Counted from the first letter of the stretch, positions 41,701 through 57,800 are shown. The stretch is 64,000 bases of DNA from Leptogorgia sarmentosa (GCA_964658305.1 OZ210884.1:6944001-7008000); one strand, 5' to 3'. Notes: a model not told the origin generated them from the letters alone. Numbers and translations are program-made.

Positions 41701-42668
41701 ATGAGTTGATGTCGATCCCTATCTGCGTTGACAATATTCTACTATCCTTTCTTTCAGCGCTTGCTGCAATCACCATCCTCTACGCAGTAAGCATCAGTGA
41801 GTCTGTGGGCACATTGATTCGACATGGCGCGGATTTTAGTACTTATATGACGTCAGCAGAGCGTGCTATGGCTTACACCCAAATTCCACCTGAACGCGGG
41901 CAAAGTCTTCCCAAGTCTCCCCCTATGGAATGGCCTGACTCTGGTGCACTTGAGTTTCAAGGTGTGTCATTGTGGCATTACAAAGGTGGCCCTAAAGTCC
42001 TGAAGAATATTTCATTCAAAGTGAAACCAAAAGAAAAAATTGGAATTGCGGGTCGGACCGGAGCTGGCAAGTCATCATTGGTAGCTGCGTTGATGAGACT
42101 TGCCTTAACTGAGGGGGATGTATTTGTGGATGGTTTGAACATAAGAGAGATCAATGTGGTATCTTCACGTCAAGTCATTTCCGTTATTTCTCAGGCTCCG
42201 ATCTTGATTAACGGTACTATCAGAGTTAATCTTGATCCCGTGGGAGAACACAGCGACAGCGAAATATGGCAGGCTCTTGCTCAGACTAAAATGACATCTG
42301 CTATTTCAAATCTGCCGAAAAAACTCGAGAATGAAATTGATTCAAATGGTTCAAATTTCAGTCTAGGGGAACGGCAATTATTGCATTTAACACGAGTTCT
42401 GCTGAAGAAGAACAAGATTATAATTTTTGACGAAGCAACGGGCAAGGTGGATAGGACGACAGATGAAAACATACAAAGTATTGTCCGAGATGTTTTCAAA
42501 GATTGCACGGTCATAACTATTGCACATCGTTTGAGCACAATCTTAGACAGTGACAGAATAATGATCTTGGATCAAGGAAAAATTGTTGACTGTGGAACAC
42601 CTGAATCACTGTTAAATAAGGAAGGTAGTTTACTGAAACAACTGCTGGAACTATCTTCAGAAAAGTAG
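35706..42668 (+). CDS. ABCC4: ABCC/MRP4-like ABC transporter, copy 3 (9 exons, apparently intact)
   Basis: Same exon set, splice sites and NBD motifs as copy 1. Confidence 0.9.
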
Positions 42669-45349
42669 TTATTTTGATGTTTGTCATTCCTAGCACCATT
42701 CCAAGTGGCGCGATGCTTATAAGCACTGTACGTCGAGTGTTCACGGACCATTGACCAATGGTTATCAAAATGTAAAGTTACATAGAACATTATAGTATGT
42801 TATCATCCGCAGATTAGATAATTGAAAATTATCTTGCGTGCTGAATGAAATATAATTCGTTCAGTGGCAGAGAGACAAATCTATTGAACAGTGATATGAT
42901 ATGGTAAGCAAGTATTTTCACTTATTGTGTAAATGCATTCATGCATAAGGACATACATATGTTACAATTGCGAATATTTTAGCTTATATTACCCGACTTC
43001 GCCGTTAATACACGACAATTTAACTACAGATACACAATTGTATAAATAAAAAGCACCTCCGAAAGCACGTGGACTTTACTTTCAACTAAATTAAATAATT
43101 AACATGTACTTAGAACATTTATTGAACCACACACCAACCTGATATTTCACAGTACAGACCTCACGCGCCTTTAATGTAAAAACATATTGTCATATAATAG
43201 CATGGACATGGGTTACACGGTAACCGACTACAGTCACAAACAAAACAAATGGCGTATATGTGGGTGAACTAACATGTTGTTATCAATTAAATGCAATTAT
43301 ATTATTTATTCATATTTGCAGTATTTTTACTAATGTTTTTATGAATGTTATCACACAGGTAATCAGGAATGCTCCAGCTAGTGTTCTAATATAGCCTTTC
43401 TCTGAATCCGAGCACTTAGTAAATCGCATCCATTTGCCGTTCACATCCTTTAGGAGAGGAAAATCTTACAGCTATCGAAGTTGAGAAATGTATTGTATTT
43501 TTATTGAATTAGCAAACCAAAGATCGCAGATTTGGTTGCCGATATATAGTTCTTTTGGTAGCCATTCAATATTTCAGGTAAACTTGAATACGCCAAGAAT
43601 GATAATTAATGGGGGGGGGGGGGGGGGGGAGGCATCTTCATGTACTCATGTTCTGCGATTATAAGTATTTCTTTTGAAATCAATTGTTGTTATGGTATGT
43701 GAACAGGGACAAATGAATATGGCCCCCAATTATAGTTCTGGCACTCTACTGGAATACCCACGCATATATAAGTGTTTATGAAGGTGATGAGGTATGTATT
43801 GACACGCAATAACTACCGTGAACCTCAAAGCTTTCTAAAATCATCATACAGTAATCAGTATAGCTTCTAGTACTCATACACAAAGGATAAGATGTTTCGC
43901 CTAAATAACATGTGAATAACATAACGGTAAGTACAGCATGCTCTTGAAATAAAATGGTATCTACAAATGCTTGCTGATTACCGAACCGTAAAGTACGTAC
44001 CGAATGCAGTTGATTTATTTGAGTACAATTAACAATATTCTAGTGACAATTAACGATACAATAAGATAATGTTTGATGTTACAAGCAACATAGCTCGAAT
44101 CTTCCTTAATATCGTTTAGGTAGTGCATGAGTAGAACCTGTAGAACTTTTGCTGCTTATTGATGTAGTCATGGCTGACTAGCTTTGTATCTACGTCACAA
44201 TTGTATCATCGGCACGCCTCGATAATAGCTCGATCATCTAAGAACACTTGCGATGAAGATGTTTTACGAATTAAAAAGGCAGGGCGTAACTAGAACGTTC
44301 TACTATGTACTAGTATACAAATAATGAATGTTTATGAGTGCAATGGTAAGAATATTTTCATGAGGTGAAAGATGGAATGTTCTATTCAACGACGCGAAGC
44401 CGAGTTGAATGGAACATTCCATCTTTCACCGAATGAAAATATTCTTTCCATTGCACGAAATAAACATTCATTATTTGTTTTATATGACACCAAAATAACG
44501 TTTTGGTATTTGAAATACCCGCCATTTTGTTTTGTTAGTTTACTAAACAAAATTTCATCGCTCACATGGTCCCGCCACGTTCATGGATTTGCCATTAAAT
44601 GTGTGCGATACTTTGCGATACTAACATTTTGAGTGATTGAAAATAATTAAAACCACCGTGCAATGGAAAAAAATATTTGCACGGTTCCATTGCACGATCA
44701 TGAAAATGGAGTTTCTATTTTATATCACGTGATCGTAAATAACCAATTAAATAGCGTTAATTTAACAAAGTGTTATATAATACGTTCTACTAAAAGAAAC
44801 CAACCAAATTTGTAAAGCAAATTTAGCATACCTTGTTAACAACTAGTGAACAAGCTTGGTGGGAATGTCACCCAACAAGACTGATGTATAATGATGATAA
44901 CTATAACAATATCCTGTACAGGCTTGTGTTCTGACAATCGTTTGGGATGTTTCTGACATCTCTGCCACTGAACGAATTATATTTCATTCAGCACGCAAGA
45001 TAATTTTCAATTATCTAATCTGCGGATGATAACATACTATAATGTCCCATGTAACTTTACATTTTGATAACCATTGGTCAATGGTCCGTGAACACTCGAC
45101 GTACAGTGCTTATAAGCATCGCGCCACTTCATCTACATGTAGCGCTATATAAGATTGTGATCGAGACTCGAGAGAGCGAAAATACTTACTGCTGTGATGA
45201 CAACCAGTGAGCATCAGATATCATAGCGTTCACTGGTTCAGAATGATCGATCTGAAACGTCACTTTTGCTTCATATTGGAATTTTAGGATTTCGCACGCA
45301 CTTCAATTAAGATGAGAAGATTTTGAGAATTTTCCAAGAGCAAGACAAC

Positions 45350-48300
45350 ATGGGGCCGAAAAAAACTCCACCTCGACACCCACAAGAAGAAGCGAATTTT
45401 GTGTCGAGGATAATGTTGTGGTGGATCATTCCACTGCTGTGGAAAGGATGGCGGCGCCCACTACAACAAGACGACCTGTACGAAGTGAGAGATAAAGATC
45501 AAAGCTGTATACTCACAAACGTTTAGAAGAGAAATGGGAACAGGAAGTGCAGTCTGCCAAGACAGGTATAAGTTTAATTAAAATGGTTTTCGATGGTTTC
45601 TAGAATTATCTGATTCATGGTGAATGTTGTTCTGTTTGAAGTGGCAAAAGATGATTCATAAGTTATGTTTCATTTCAGTAAAATTTTGACGGTAATTTCA
45701 TGATGACTTGCTGGAGATTGTGTCTATGAGGCTGAGAAAATTGCGTGCAATGTTTGTTTCAGCGCTCTTTCTGAAAGAATGTGCCCTTGTTAAATATTTG
45801 AGAATTTTTAATTAAAAATTAAACTAAAATATTAATCATTGATAGCATGATAGCTTGCAACAAGCTCATTGGACAACAATAAATGCACCTCGATCGAAAT
45901 TTAAAGATCAATAAAATATTTCAACACTTTTTACAGGTAATCGAACTTCCAAGTTATGGAAAGCAATGCTACGTTATTTTAGTGTCCAAGACTATATGAC
46001 CTACGTCGTGACTACGTTGATTATCGTGTCAGGAATAAACATTTCTTCGTACTCACTTATTTCTCTGTTGCAATTGGTCAATGATTTCAATTTCGAAGAA
46101 GCGAAGAATAACAACCAATTTTATGAAGATGCCTCGATGTACGTTTATGGAGTTATGTTAGGATTATCGATGGAAGTAATTTCAATTTCTTTCTTCCTTC
46201 TTCATGGTGCAAGACTAGGGAACAAAGTCAAGTCAGGAGTATTGGGTTTGTTGTATAAGAAGGTGAGTTCAATGATTGAAAAGTTTCAGAAATATGCCAA
46301 AACTACATATAAGGTTTGGATCGCCGGCAAAGTCATGGCTTACCGGACTCCGTTGCGATTTTTGCGCATGTGGAAGTTCTAACTTTAATAAATCAGTTAA
46401 CTTCAATTTATAATTATGTAGTTCTTTCGCTAGAGAACCAATGCCATAATAATTATGATGTAGCTACCGCCATTTCTCTCTCCCCATGTCAATGTTCCCT
46501 TTCTTTCTTTCTATTTTCGTCTGGAGAGGGATATGATTCAATCTACCAGATGTGTTATGTTCATCTTGGGGTGATTAGAAGTCACGATTTACTTTACTGG
46601 AGTTGTGATCTCAAACCTGTTTTTTTTTCGCCACCTTACTAGAATGAGACGTTTCCCAATTATCCTTTTTCGCTCCATTTTTTCCTTTTGATATCGTATT
46701 TCTGGTCTTATATCTTATCTCGTATGGTATATCTTATTTAGGTACTCTGTCTCCGTAAAATGTGCACTGAAAGTGGTCAAGTGATGGAATTGATATGCAA
46801 TGATTCTCAAAGACTGCTCACCAGTGGTGAATGGTTCATTCCTGTTGCCATTCGTCATTGCTTTTCCTCTGCAAGTGTCATAGCTTGGTTGTTTTACTTT
46901 ATTGGCTGGCAAATCATCCCCGGAATCATCTTTTTATTATCACTTGTTGTACTGCGGATGCTTTTGAGTAGAGTTGACTACGATTTACGCAAGAGAGCTT
47001 CCGGTCTGTCCGATAAACGTCTTGGTTATATCAGGGAATCCTTGACTGTATTACATTCCGTAAAAGTTAACTGTTGGGAGAAGATTTTTGAAGAAAAAAT
47101 ACAGAAAACACGATGGTGAATATACATAAATTCCTCATTATTACTCCAACATGCGTATGTGATTTTTTGTCGTTTTTATTTTGCCATTATTTGCTCTAAT
47201 GTTAAACGGACCTTGAATTAAGTTGTTGGAACTGGAATATTATTTCTGGTTTATTTAATACTTCGATCTTGCTGTCCGTTGGAAACCTTTACAAAAATTT
47301 CTCAAATATTAATCTTGAATTTGTTTCAGGGAGGAGGTGAAAGCTAAAACCAAACGTTGGATGATTTCGCTGACATGTTACTCATTTACAACTTGTGGTC
47401 AAAGTTTGGCTACCTTTATTACAGTGTGCATTTTGATGCTCACAAATAGAGAAGAGCTACGTTATTTAAATTTCTTTGCAATGATATACTTCTTTAGATT
47501 AATTAATTATTCTTTTGTGTACATCATTCCAAGGGCCGTACATTTATTTAACGACGTCCGTGGCGCCCTTCAACGTATTGAAATATTCCTAAAAGCAACT
47601 GAACTGTCACAAGAAGAATCTATACAAAACTGCAACAAAGAATGTATGACTTTGTCTCCCAATTTGGAGGATTTGGCCAATAAAACAAAATATTTGCAAA
47701 CTGAAACAACATCCCCATACGAGCTGTTGCCTTTTCTTACTTTACATGACGTAACATGTCAACTTCCTTCCAAAATACATCATTCATCCCATGAGTCCTC
47801 ACGGCAAGACAGTCAACGATCGTCATTATTAAAAAATATTAACCTTGAAATATCTACTCCTGAGTTGGTTGTCGTATGCGGTGCTGTGGGCAGTGGAAAG
47901 TCTTCGCTTTTAGAAGCCATTCTGGGAGAGTTACTGGTAACTAATGGCTCAGTTAACTACTTTGGTAAATTGGCCTATGTTTCAGACACACCTTGGGTTT
48001 TTCCTGGAACTATTCGTGAGAACATCGTGTTTGGTTTACCATATAACGAGAGTAAATACAACAACATACTCGAGGCTTGTCAGTTGGTAAAAGATTTTGA
48101 TAATTTTCCAGAACATGATCTAACACGTATTGGAGAAAATAGCGCGACTGTGAGTGGTGGTCAACGTACACGTATTGCTTTGGCACGCGCAGTTTATTCT
48201 GAAGCTGATATATATTTATTGGATGATCCTCTGAGTTCATTGGACATCAATGTCGCTGAGAATGTCTTCAGGTTAGTTTAGTTATTTATCATACCTTGTG

Positions 48301-51300
48301 CATTAGAAACTACTGCTGACCTACTGTATTGACGAATTCATTTTGCCACAAAGAAGTCTATCAGGAGGAATAGGAGGAATTAGTTCAGCGCGCGCAGTGG
48401 CGGATCAAGAGGGAGGGGGGCAGTATGGGCGGTTTTGGGGCTTCACAAAGGCAATTTTTTCTAATGAATCTACCTCACCATGATGGTTAGTAAAATCACA
48501 GGGGAACGCTCATTCTCGAAACTAAAACGCGTAAAGAGCGTTTTGCGTAGCACGATGGGACAGAGACGCTAAGTGCTCTCTCACTCATGAGTATGAAATA
48601 AGACATTTTACGTTCACTTGACTTGTCAAAGCCGGCAAATAGTTTTGCTTCTGCTAGTTCTGCAAAGGCTAAAAAGTTCCTTTTTTGCAAAACATTTTGG
48701 TAGAAACGTTGTTTGTGAATGCCACTATTTCATAAAATCTCTCTGATATTTTACAGTGAAAAGTCCTTTATTTTTCAGAGCGCGGGAGGGGACAGTAATC
48801 AGCCAAGGGCCCAACCACTGTTTGTGCCAGGGGGGGCCGCGCGAGCTTGATCCGCCCCTGAGCGCGCGGACTATAGCTTTACTACATTTGGAACTTTGAA
48901 TTCTAGGGGATATTTGTTAATATTTATATCTATTGTATTAATGTGTAGAAAGTGTATCCAAGGATTATTATCCAATCGAATAGTACTCCTAACCACACAT
49001 GCTACCAAGTATTATTCAAAGGCTGATCGCATCGTCCTGTTGGAGGGAGGAACGATTGCTACACAGGGAAATCTTGAAACTTTGAAAACCACGCTTGCAC
49101 CTACGGAATCAGTTCATGACGAACCTGGCGTAAAGGACAACGATACGGTTGGCAATGTCGAATTATGGGGTGATACTGGAAAATCCATTGAAGGCGTCAA
49201 CCTTGAAGAAGAAGAGGAAGAAAGGAAACGTGGAATTGTTCCTTTGAAAGTTTATTTGGAATATTTTCTTTATGGGGCATCTCCATTTATTCTGCTCCTT
49301 GTGCCCGTGATGTATTTCTCCGGTGGAGGTTAGTATTCAGTGTCAATAAAGCCCCTTACAGACGAGCAAGTTTTCTATGACAAGTTTTTATGTGACAAGT
49401 TTACTTTGCTCGTCTGTACGTCCCATTTTGCCATTTTTTCTATGACAAGTGCACTTGTTGAAAAGCTAGCATGCTAGCTTTTGAACAAGTGGACTTGTCA
49501 TGGAAATAATTGGCAAAGTAAAAAATTTGTCCGTCTGTACGGTCAACAAAGAAAACTTGTCAAAGAAAAATTAGTTGACTTGTACAGACGGGCAAGAAAA
49601 AATTGTCACATAAGAACTTGTCATAGAAAACTTGCTCGTCTGTAAGGGGCTTAAGATGATTGAAATAATGTGAACAGAAGCAACTCCTATTTTTTATCAT
49701 TATTTTTTTTCAAACCCCTAATCTTGAATCCCGCTTGGAATTCCAATAATTATAAAGAGTAGTATAGTATCCAGATGAAAGTATTTATATAATACCGTTC
49801 ATTAATGAATCTTTTGATATTTTTACTTCTCTGTCTCCGCCATCTTGGATTCAAGTCTAAGGAAAATCGTGGCAGAATGGATGTGTCATAAAATGTAAAT
49901 GACAAGAGTTCTACTTACAAGTTTCCATGATTTCCTTATCTCCTACAGGTATGAAAGTTCAGGTAGACATCACTGTAACACAGCTGCAAAAATTAGCGAT
50001 GAATGGGAATGATGAGTTTGATGAAGGATTTCGTTTGTACGCCATTTACCTGGTTGTTTGTGTACTCCTTTTGATTATTGGCTCACTGTGCATCTTTCTG
50101 CTTCTCATGAATGCAGTCTATATGGTGAGTGTGTAGCCATTGATCTACGGTATCAAGGCATATGCTTCCACTTGCAACTTTTGCTGCCATTTATAGTGCA
50201 ATTTTCTCCTTTTGATGCATGAATGTTAACGAGCACAATAATCCACTCCTTCATGCCAATCGGAGTGGACAAAATCGCACCAAAAATTGTTTGAAGAATT
50301 GCCTTTATCGAAAGGTGCGTAACTAAGTCCTTGCTATAATCGTGCGCAACTTCTGAAATTGTTCCCTCAGCAAATTCATCAATTTAAGTAAAACTGATAT
50401 CTCTTTTGAATATTTAGGTTCATAACAAGATGATCACGTGCCTTATGAAAGCACCTTTATCATTTTACGCAAGAAATCCTGTCGGGCGAGTAATTAACCG
50501 TTTATCTCAAGACATAAACGCCTTGGAGGAATTATTGCCTTACAGTACCTATGCAACATGTGTCCAAATTATACCAATCACTGCCACGGTATTGTTGGCT
50601 AGCATCACAAATCCCTGGTTGATGCTTTCATTTTTATTTGCTGTGCTTTTATTTTATTTCGTTGCAAGTATTTACTTAACTTTGGGAACCGATCTAAAAC
50701 GTTTGATGTTGATGGCAGCAGGTCCTGTCTATTCTCATTTCTCCAACACAATGGAAGGACTGAAAACTATCAGGATTCATTCCAGGCAGAACGAATATAC
50801 AGAACAAGTCTTCAGGTATGTTGGCGTGGGTGGTTAGGACGAAATGTATCCATCATGCTTGTTTTTTTCAAAGCCGGTGCGGTTTGTATGCCATGCTGGT
50901 TTGGAAATTATCACAATTTTTTATTAGCGACCGACTCCTGTATTTGATGTGGTCCTTATCAACTATATTATATCCGTTGCAAATTTATTATTGATGGTTT
51001 GCAATTGGCCGCCATCTTGGTTGACATTTCAAAATACGTCCACAATAGAACAAGCATTTGACACAGACACTTTTATAAATGTCGAAAATTCGTCGGAATT
51101 ATCGACAAAGAATTTGATTTTAATATATTTTGCAGGCATATTGACAATCACAGTGCTGCAGTTCTGTCATTTTATACCTCACTCACATGTTTTGCTACAA
51201 TGTGCGACACAATGACCATCTTGATATCAGGGATCATAACAGTGGTTGTCATTTATTCGATAAATGATACCCATGGAGCAGGTATGTTTTGATAGTTTTT

Positions 51301-52282
51301 ACTCTGTTCTTAAAATGAGTTGATGTCGATCCCTATCTGCGTTGACAATATTCTACTATCCTTTCTTTCAGCGCTTGCTGCAATCACCATCCTCTACGCA
51401 GTAAGCATCAGTGAGTCTGTGGGCACATTGATTCGACATGGCGCGGATTTTAGTACTTATATGACGTCAGCAGAGCGTGCTATGGCTTACACCCAAATTC
51501 CACCTGAACGCGGGCAAAATCTTCCCAAGTCTCCCCCTATGGAATGGCCTGACTCTGGTGCACTTGAGTTTCAAGGTGTGTCATTGTGGCATTACAAAGG
51601 TGGCCCTAAAGTCCTGAAGAATATTTCATTCAAAGTGAAACCAAAAGAAAAAATTGGAATTGCGGGTCGGACCGGAGCTGGCAAGTCATCATTGGTAGCT
51701 GCGTTGATGAGACTTGCCTTAACTGAGGGGGATGTATTTGTGGATGGTTTGAACATAAGAGAGATCAATGTGGTATCTTCACGTCAAGTCATTTCCGTTA
51801 TTTCTCAGGCTCCGATCTTGATTAACGGTACTATCAGAGTTAATCTTGATCCCGTGGGAGAACACAGCGACAGCGAAATATGGCAGGCTCTTGCTCAGAC
51901 TAAAATGACATCTGCTATTTCAAATCTGCCGAAAAAACTCGAGAATGAAATTGATTCAAATGGTTCAAATTTCAGTCTAGGGGAACGGCAATTATTGCAT
52001 TTAACACGAGTTCTGCTGAAGAAGAACAAGATTATAATTTTTGACGAAGCAACGGGCAAGGTGGATAGGACGACAGATGAAGACATACAAAGTATTGTCC
52101 GAGATGTTTTCAAAGATTGCACGGTCATAACTATTGCACATCGTTTGAGCACAATCTTAGACAGTGACAGAATAATGATCTTGGATCAAGGAAAAATTGT
52201 TGACTGTGGAACACCTCAATCACTGTTAAATAAGGAAGGTAGTTTACTGAAACAACTGCTGGAACTATCTTCAGAAAAGTAG
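45350..52282 (+). pseudogene. ABCC4: ABCC/MRP4-like copy 4 with a 1-bp deletion in coding exon 1 (young pseudogene or consensus error)
   Basis: ctcacaaacg at ~45516 versus ctcaccaaacg in the other copies gives TAG at 45524-45526. The remaining exons are open. Confidence 0.7.
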
Positions 52283-53383
52283 TTATTTTGATGTTTGTCA
52301 TTCCTAGCACCATTCCAAGTGGCGCGATGCTTATAAGCACTGTACGTCGAGTGTTCACGGACCATTGACCAATGGTTATCAAAATGTAAAGTTATATAGA
52401 ACATTATAGTATGTTATCATCCGCAGATTAGATAATTGAAAATTATCTTGCGTGCTGAATGAAATATAATTCGTTCAGTGGCAGAGAGACAAATCTATTG
52501 AACAGTGATATGATATGGTAAGCAAGTATTTTCACTTATTGTGTAAATGCATTCATGCATAAGGACATACATATGTTACAATTGCGAATATTTTAGCTTA
52601 TATTACCCGACTTCGCCGTTAATACACGACAATTTAACTACAGATACACAATTGTATAAATAAAAAGCACCTCCGAAAGCACGTGGACTTTACTTTCAAC
52701 TAAATTAAATAATTAACATGTACTTAGAACATTTATTGAACCACACACCAACCTGATATTTCACAGTACAGACCTCACGCGCCTTTAATGTAAAAACATA
52801 TTGTCATATAATAGCATGGACATGGGTTACACGGTAACCGACTACAGTCACAAACAAAACAAATGGCGTATATGTGGGTGAACTAACATGTTGTTATCAA
52901 TTAAATGCAATATTATTTATTCATATTTGCAGTATTTTTACTAATGTTTTTATGAATGTTATCACACAGGTAATCAGGAATGCTCCAGCTAGTGTTCTAA
53001 TATAGCCTTCCTCTGAATCCGAGCACTTAGTAAATTGCATCCATTTGCCGTTCACATCCTTTAGGAGAGGAAAATCTTACAGCTATCGAAGTTGAGAAAT
53101 GTATTGTATTTTTTTTGAATTAGCAAACCAAAGATCGCAGATTTGGTTGCCGATATATAGTTCTTTTGGTAGCCATTCAATATTTCAGGTAAACTTGAAT
53201 ACGCCAAGAAGGATAGTTAGGGGGGGGGGAGGCATCTTCATGTACTCATGTTCTGCGATTATAAGCATTTCTTTTGAAATCAATTGTTTTTATGGTATGT
53301 GAACAGGGACAAATGAATATGGCCCCCAATTATAGTTCTGGCACTCTACTGGAATACCCACGCATATATAAGTGTTTATGAAG

Positions 53384-53777
53384 GTAAAATATCCAAACTG
53401 GTCATTCTTCCATGGATCATTGATTAGCATTGGGAAAAGGGAAGATCCATTGTTTCAAATGAATCATGAATGAATTCCGTAGAAGAAAACCAGCGAGGAT
53501 AGGACGCAGACGGGTGGGGGGGAGGGCGCATTTTACTGCAATGTAAACGAATACAACACCTCGGCCATCCCTCCCCCCCCTCCCCCTCCAGCTCCTGCAT
53601 CTTGTTACTTTATCCTAGCACTCCAATTGTCGTGGCGATCAGCACAAAATTATGGCATATAACACGGGAAACGTGGCGTTTTATACATGGCAAATCATTA
53701 TTTATTCATCAACTGCATTACTTATTCGTATTTTAATGCTCAATAATGATCCGCGGGCGATTTGGCCAATTTGAATA
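53384..53777. other. ~390-bp segment found only in the spacer before copy 5, probably a TE fragment
   Basis: Interrupts tttatgaagg|tgatgaggta, which is contiguous in the other spacers. Contains G-run / C-run inverted motifs; no clear TIR or TSD. Confidence 0.5.
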
Positions 53778-54884
53778 GTGATGAGGTATGTATTGACACG
53801 CAATAACTACCGTGAACCTCAAAGCTTTCTAAAATCATCATACAGTAATCAGTATAGCTTCTAGTACTCATACACAAAGGATAAGATGTTTCGCCTAAAT
53901 AACATGTGAATAACATAACGGTAAGTACAGCATGTTCTTGAAATAAAATGGTATCTACAAATGCTTGCTGATTACCGAACCGTAAAGTACGTACCGAATG
54001 CAGTTGATTTATTTGAGTACAATTAACAAAAGTTCTAGTGACAATTAACGATACAATAAGATAATGTTTGATGTTACAAGCAACATAGCTCGAATCTTCC
54101 TTAATATCGTTTAGGTAGTACATGAGTAGAACCTGTAGAACTTTTGCTGCTTGTTGATGTAGTTATGGCTGACTAGCTTTGTATCTACGTCACAATTGTA
54201 TCATCGGCACGCCTCGATAATAGCTCGATCATCTAAGAACACTTGCGATGAAGATGTTTTACGAATTAAAAAGGCAGGGCGTAACTAGAACGTTCTACTA
54301 TGTACTAGTACGTTTTACTAAAAGCAACCAACCAAATTTGTAAAGCAATTTTAGCATAACTTGTTAACAACTAGTGAACAAGCTTGGTGGGAATGTCACC
54401 CAACAAGACTGATGTACAATGATGATAACTATAACAATATCCCGTACAGGCTTGTGTTCTGGCAATCGTTTGGGACTGTATCATAGATTTGTCTCTCTGC
54501 CACTGAACGAATTATATTTCATTCAGCACGCAAGATAATTTTCAATTATCTAATCTGCGGATGATAACATACTATAATGTCCTATGTAACTTTACATTTT
54601 GATAACCATTGGTCAATGGTCCGTGAACACTCGACGTACAGTGCTTATAAGCATCGCGCCACTTCATCTACATGCAGCGCTATATAAGATTGTGATCGAG
54701 ACTCGAGAGAGCGAAAATATTTACTGCTGTGATGACAACCAGTGAGCATCAGATATCATAGCGTTCACTGGTTCAGAATGATCGATCTGAAACGTCACTT
54801 TTGCTTCATATTGGAATTTTAGGATTTCGCACGCACTTCAATTAAGATGAGAAGATTTTGAGAATTTTCCAAGAGCAAGACAAC

Positions 54885-57800
54885 ATGGGGCCGAAAAAAA
54901 CTCCACCTCGACACCCACAAGAAGAAGCGAATTTTGTGTCGAGGATAATGTTGTGGTGGATCATTCCACTGCTGTGGAAAGGATGGCGACGCCCACTACA
55001 ACAAGACGACCTATACGAAGTGAGAGATAAAGATCAGAGCTGTAAACTCACCAAACGTTTAGAGGAGAAATGGGAACAGGAAGTGCAGTCTGCCAAGACA
55101 GGTATAAGTTTAATTAAAATGGTTTTCGATGGTTTCTAGAATTATCTGATTCATGGTGAATGTTGTTCTGTTTGAAGAGGCAAAAGATGATTCATAATTA
55201 AGTTATGTTTCATTTAAAAATTTGACGGTAATTTCATGATGACTTGCTGGAGATTGTGTCTGTAAGGCTGAGAAAATTGCGTGCAATGTTTGTTTCAGCG
55301 CTCTTTCTGAAAGAATGTGCCCTTGTTAAATATTTGAGAATTTTTAATTAAAAATTAAACTAAAATATTAATCATTGATAGCATGATAGCTGGCAACAAG
55401 CTCATTGGACAACAATAAATGCACCTCGATCGAAATTTAAAGATCAATAAAATATTTCAACACTTTTTACAGGTAATCGAACTTCCAAGTTATGGAAAGC
55501 AATGCTACGTTATTTTAGTGTCCAAGACTATCTGACCTACGTCGTGACTGCGTTGATTATCGTGTCAGGAATAAACATTTCTTCGTACTCACTTATTTCT
55601 CTGTTGCAATTGGTCAATGGTTTCAGTTTCGAAGAATCGAAGAATAACAACCAATTTTATGAAGATGCCTCGATGTACGTTTATGGAGTTATGTTAGGAT
55701 TATCGATGGAAGTAATTTCAATTTCTTTGTTCTATCTTCATGGTGCAAGACTAGGGAACAAAGTCAAGTCAGGAGTATTGGGTTTGTTGTATAAGAAGGT
55801 GAGTTCAATGATTGAAAATTTTCAGAAATATGCCAAAACTATAAGGTTCAGAATCATGGCTTACCGGATTCCGTTGCGATTTTGCGGGCGCTGTAACTTT
55901 AATAAATCAATCAACTTCATTTTATATGTAGTTCTCTCGCTAGAGAACCAAATGCTATAATTATTATCATGTAGCTACCGCAATTTCTCTCTCCCCGTTT
56001 CAATGTTCCCTATCTTTCTTTCTATTTTCTTCTGGAGAGGGATATGATTTAATCTACCATGTCCATTTTCTTTCTTTTCTTTGATTATGTTCTGACTTGA
56101 TCACAATGATTATTGAATGTGTTATGTTCATCTGGGTGTAATTTGAAGTCACGACGTACTTTTTAAATACTGGAGTTGTGACCTCAAACCCTGTTTTTCT
56201 TTCGCCACCTTACTAGAATGTGACGTTATCCCATTTAATTTATCCTTTTTTGCTTCATTTTTTCCTTTTGATATCGTATTTCTCATCGTATATCTTATCT
56301 CGTACAGTATATCTTATTTAGGTACTCTGTCTCCGTAAAATGTGCACTGAAAGTGGTCAAGTGATGGAATTGGTATGCAATGATTCTCAAAGACTGCTCA
56401 CCAGTGGTGAATGGTTCATTCCTCTTGCTATTCGCCATTGCTTTTCCTCTGCAAGTCTCATAGCTTGGTTGTTTTACTTTATTGGCTGGCAAATCATCCC
56501 CGGAATACTCTTCTTATTATCACTTGTTGTACTGCGGATGCTTTTGAGTAGAGTTGACTACGATTTACGCAAGAGAGCTTCCGGTCTGTCCGATAAACGT
56601 CTTGGTTATATCAGGGAATCCTTGACTGTATTACATTCCGTAAAAGTTAACTGTTGGGAGAAGATTTTTGAAGAAAAAATACAGAAAACACGATGGTGAA
56701 TATACATAAATTCCTCATTATTACTCCAACATGCGTATGTGATTTTTTGTCGTTTTTATTTTGCCATTATTTGCTCTAATGTTAAACGGACCTTGAATTA
56801 AGTTGTTGGAACTGGAATATTATTTATGGTTTATTTAATACTTCGATCTTGCTGTCCGTTGGAAGTCTTTACAAAAATTTCTCAAATATTAATCTTGAAT
56901 TTGTTTCAGGGAGGAGGTGAAAGCTAAAACCAAACGTTGGATGATTTCGCTGACATGTTACTCATTTACAACTTGTGGTCAAAGTTTGGCTACCTTTATT
57001 ACAGTGTGCATATTGATCCTCACAAATAGAGAAGAGCTACGTTATTTAAATTTCTTTGCAATGATATACTTCTTTAGATTAATTAGTTATTCTTTTATGT
57101 ACGTCATTCCAAGGGCCGTACATTTATTTAACGACGTCCGTGGCGCCCTTCAACGTATTGAAATATTCCTAAAAGCAACTGAACTGTCACAAGAAGAATC
57201 TATACAAAACTGCAACAAAGAATGTATCACTTTGTCCCCCAATTTGGAGGATTTGAACAATAAAACAAAATATTTACAAACTGAAACAACATCCCCATAC
57301 GAGCTGTTGCCTTTTCTTAGTTTACATGATGTAACATGTCAACTTCCTTCCAAAATATTCCATTCATCCCACGATTCCTCACGGCAAGACAGTCAACGAT
57401 CGTCATTATTAAAAAATATTAACCTTGAAGTGTCCACTCCAGCGTTGGTTCTCATATGTGGTGCTGTGGGCAGTGGAAAGTCTTCGCTTTTAGAAGCCAT
57501 TCTGGGAGAGTTACTGGTAACTAATGGCTCAGTTAACTACTTTGGTAAATTGGCCTATGTTTCAGACACACCTTGGGTTTTTCCTGGAACTATTCGTGAG
57601 AACATCGTGTTTGGTTTACCATACAACGAGAGTAAATACAACAACATACTCGAGGCTTGTCAGTTGGTAAAAGATTTTAATAATTTTCCAGAATATGATT
57701 TAACACGTATTGGAGAAAATAGCGCGACTGTGAGTGGTGGTCAACGTACACGTATTGCTTTGGCACGCGCAGTTTATTCTGAAGCTGATATATATTTATT

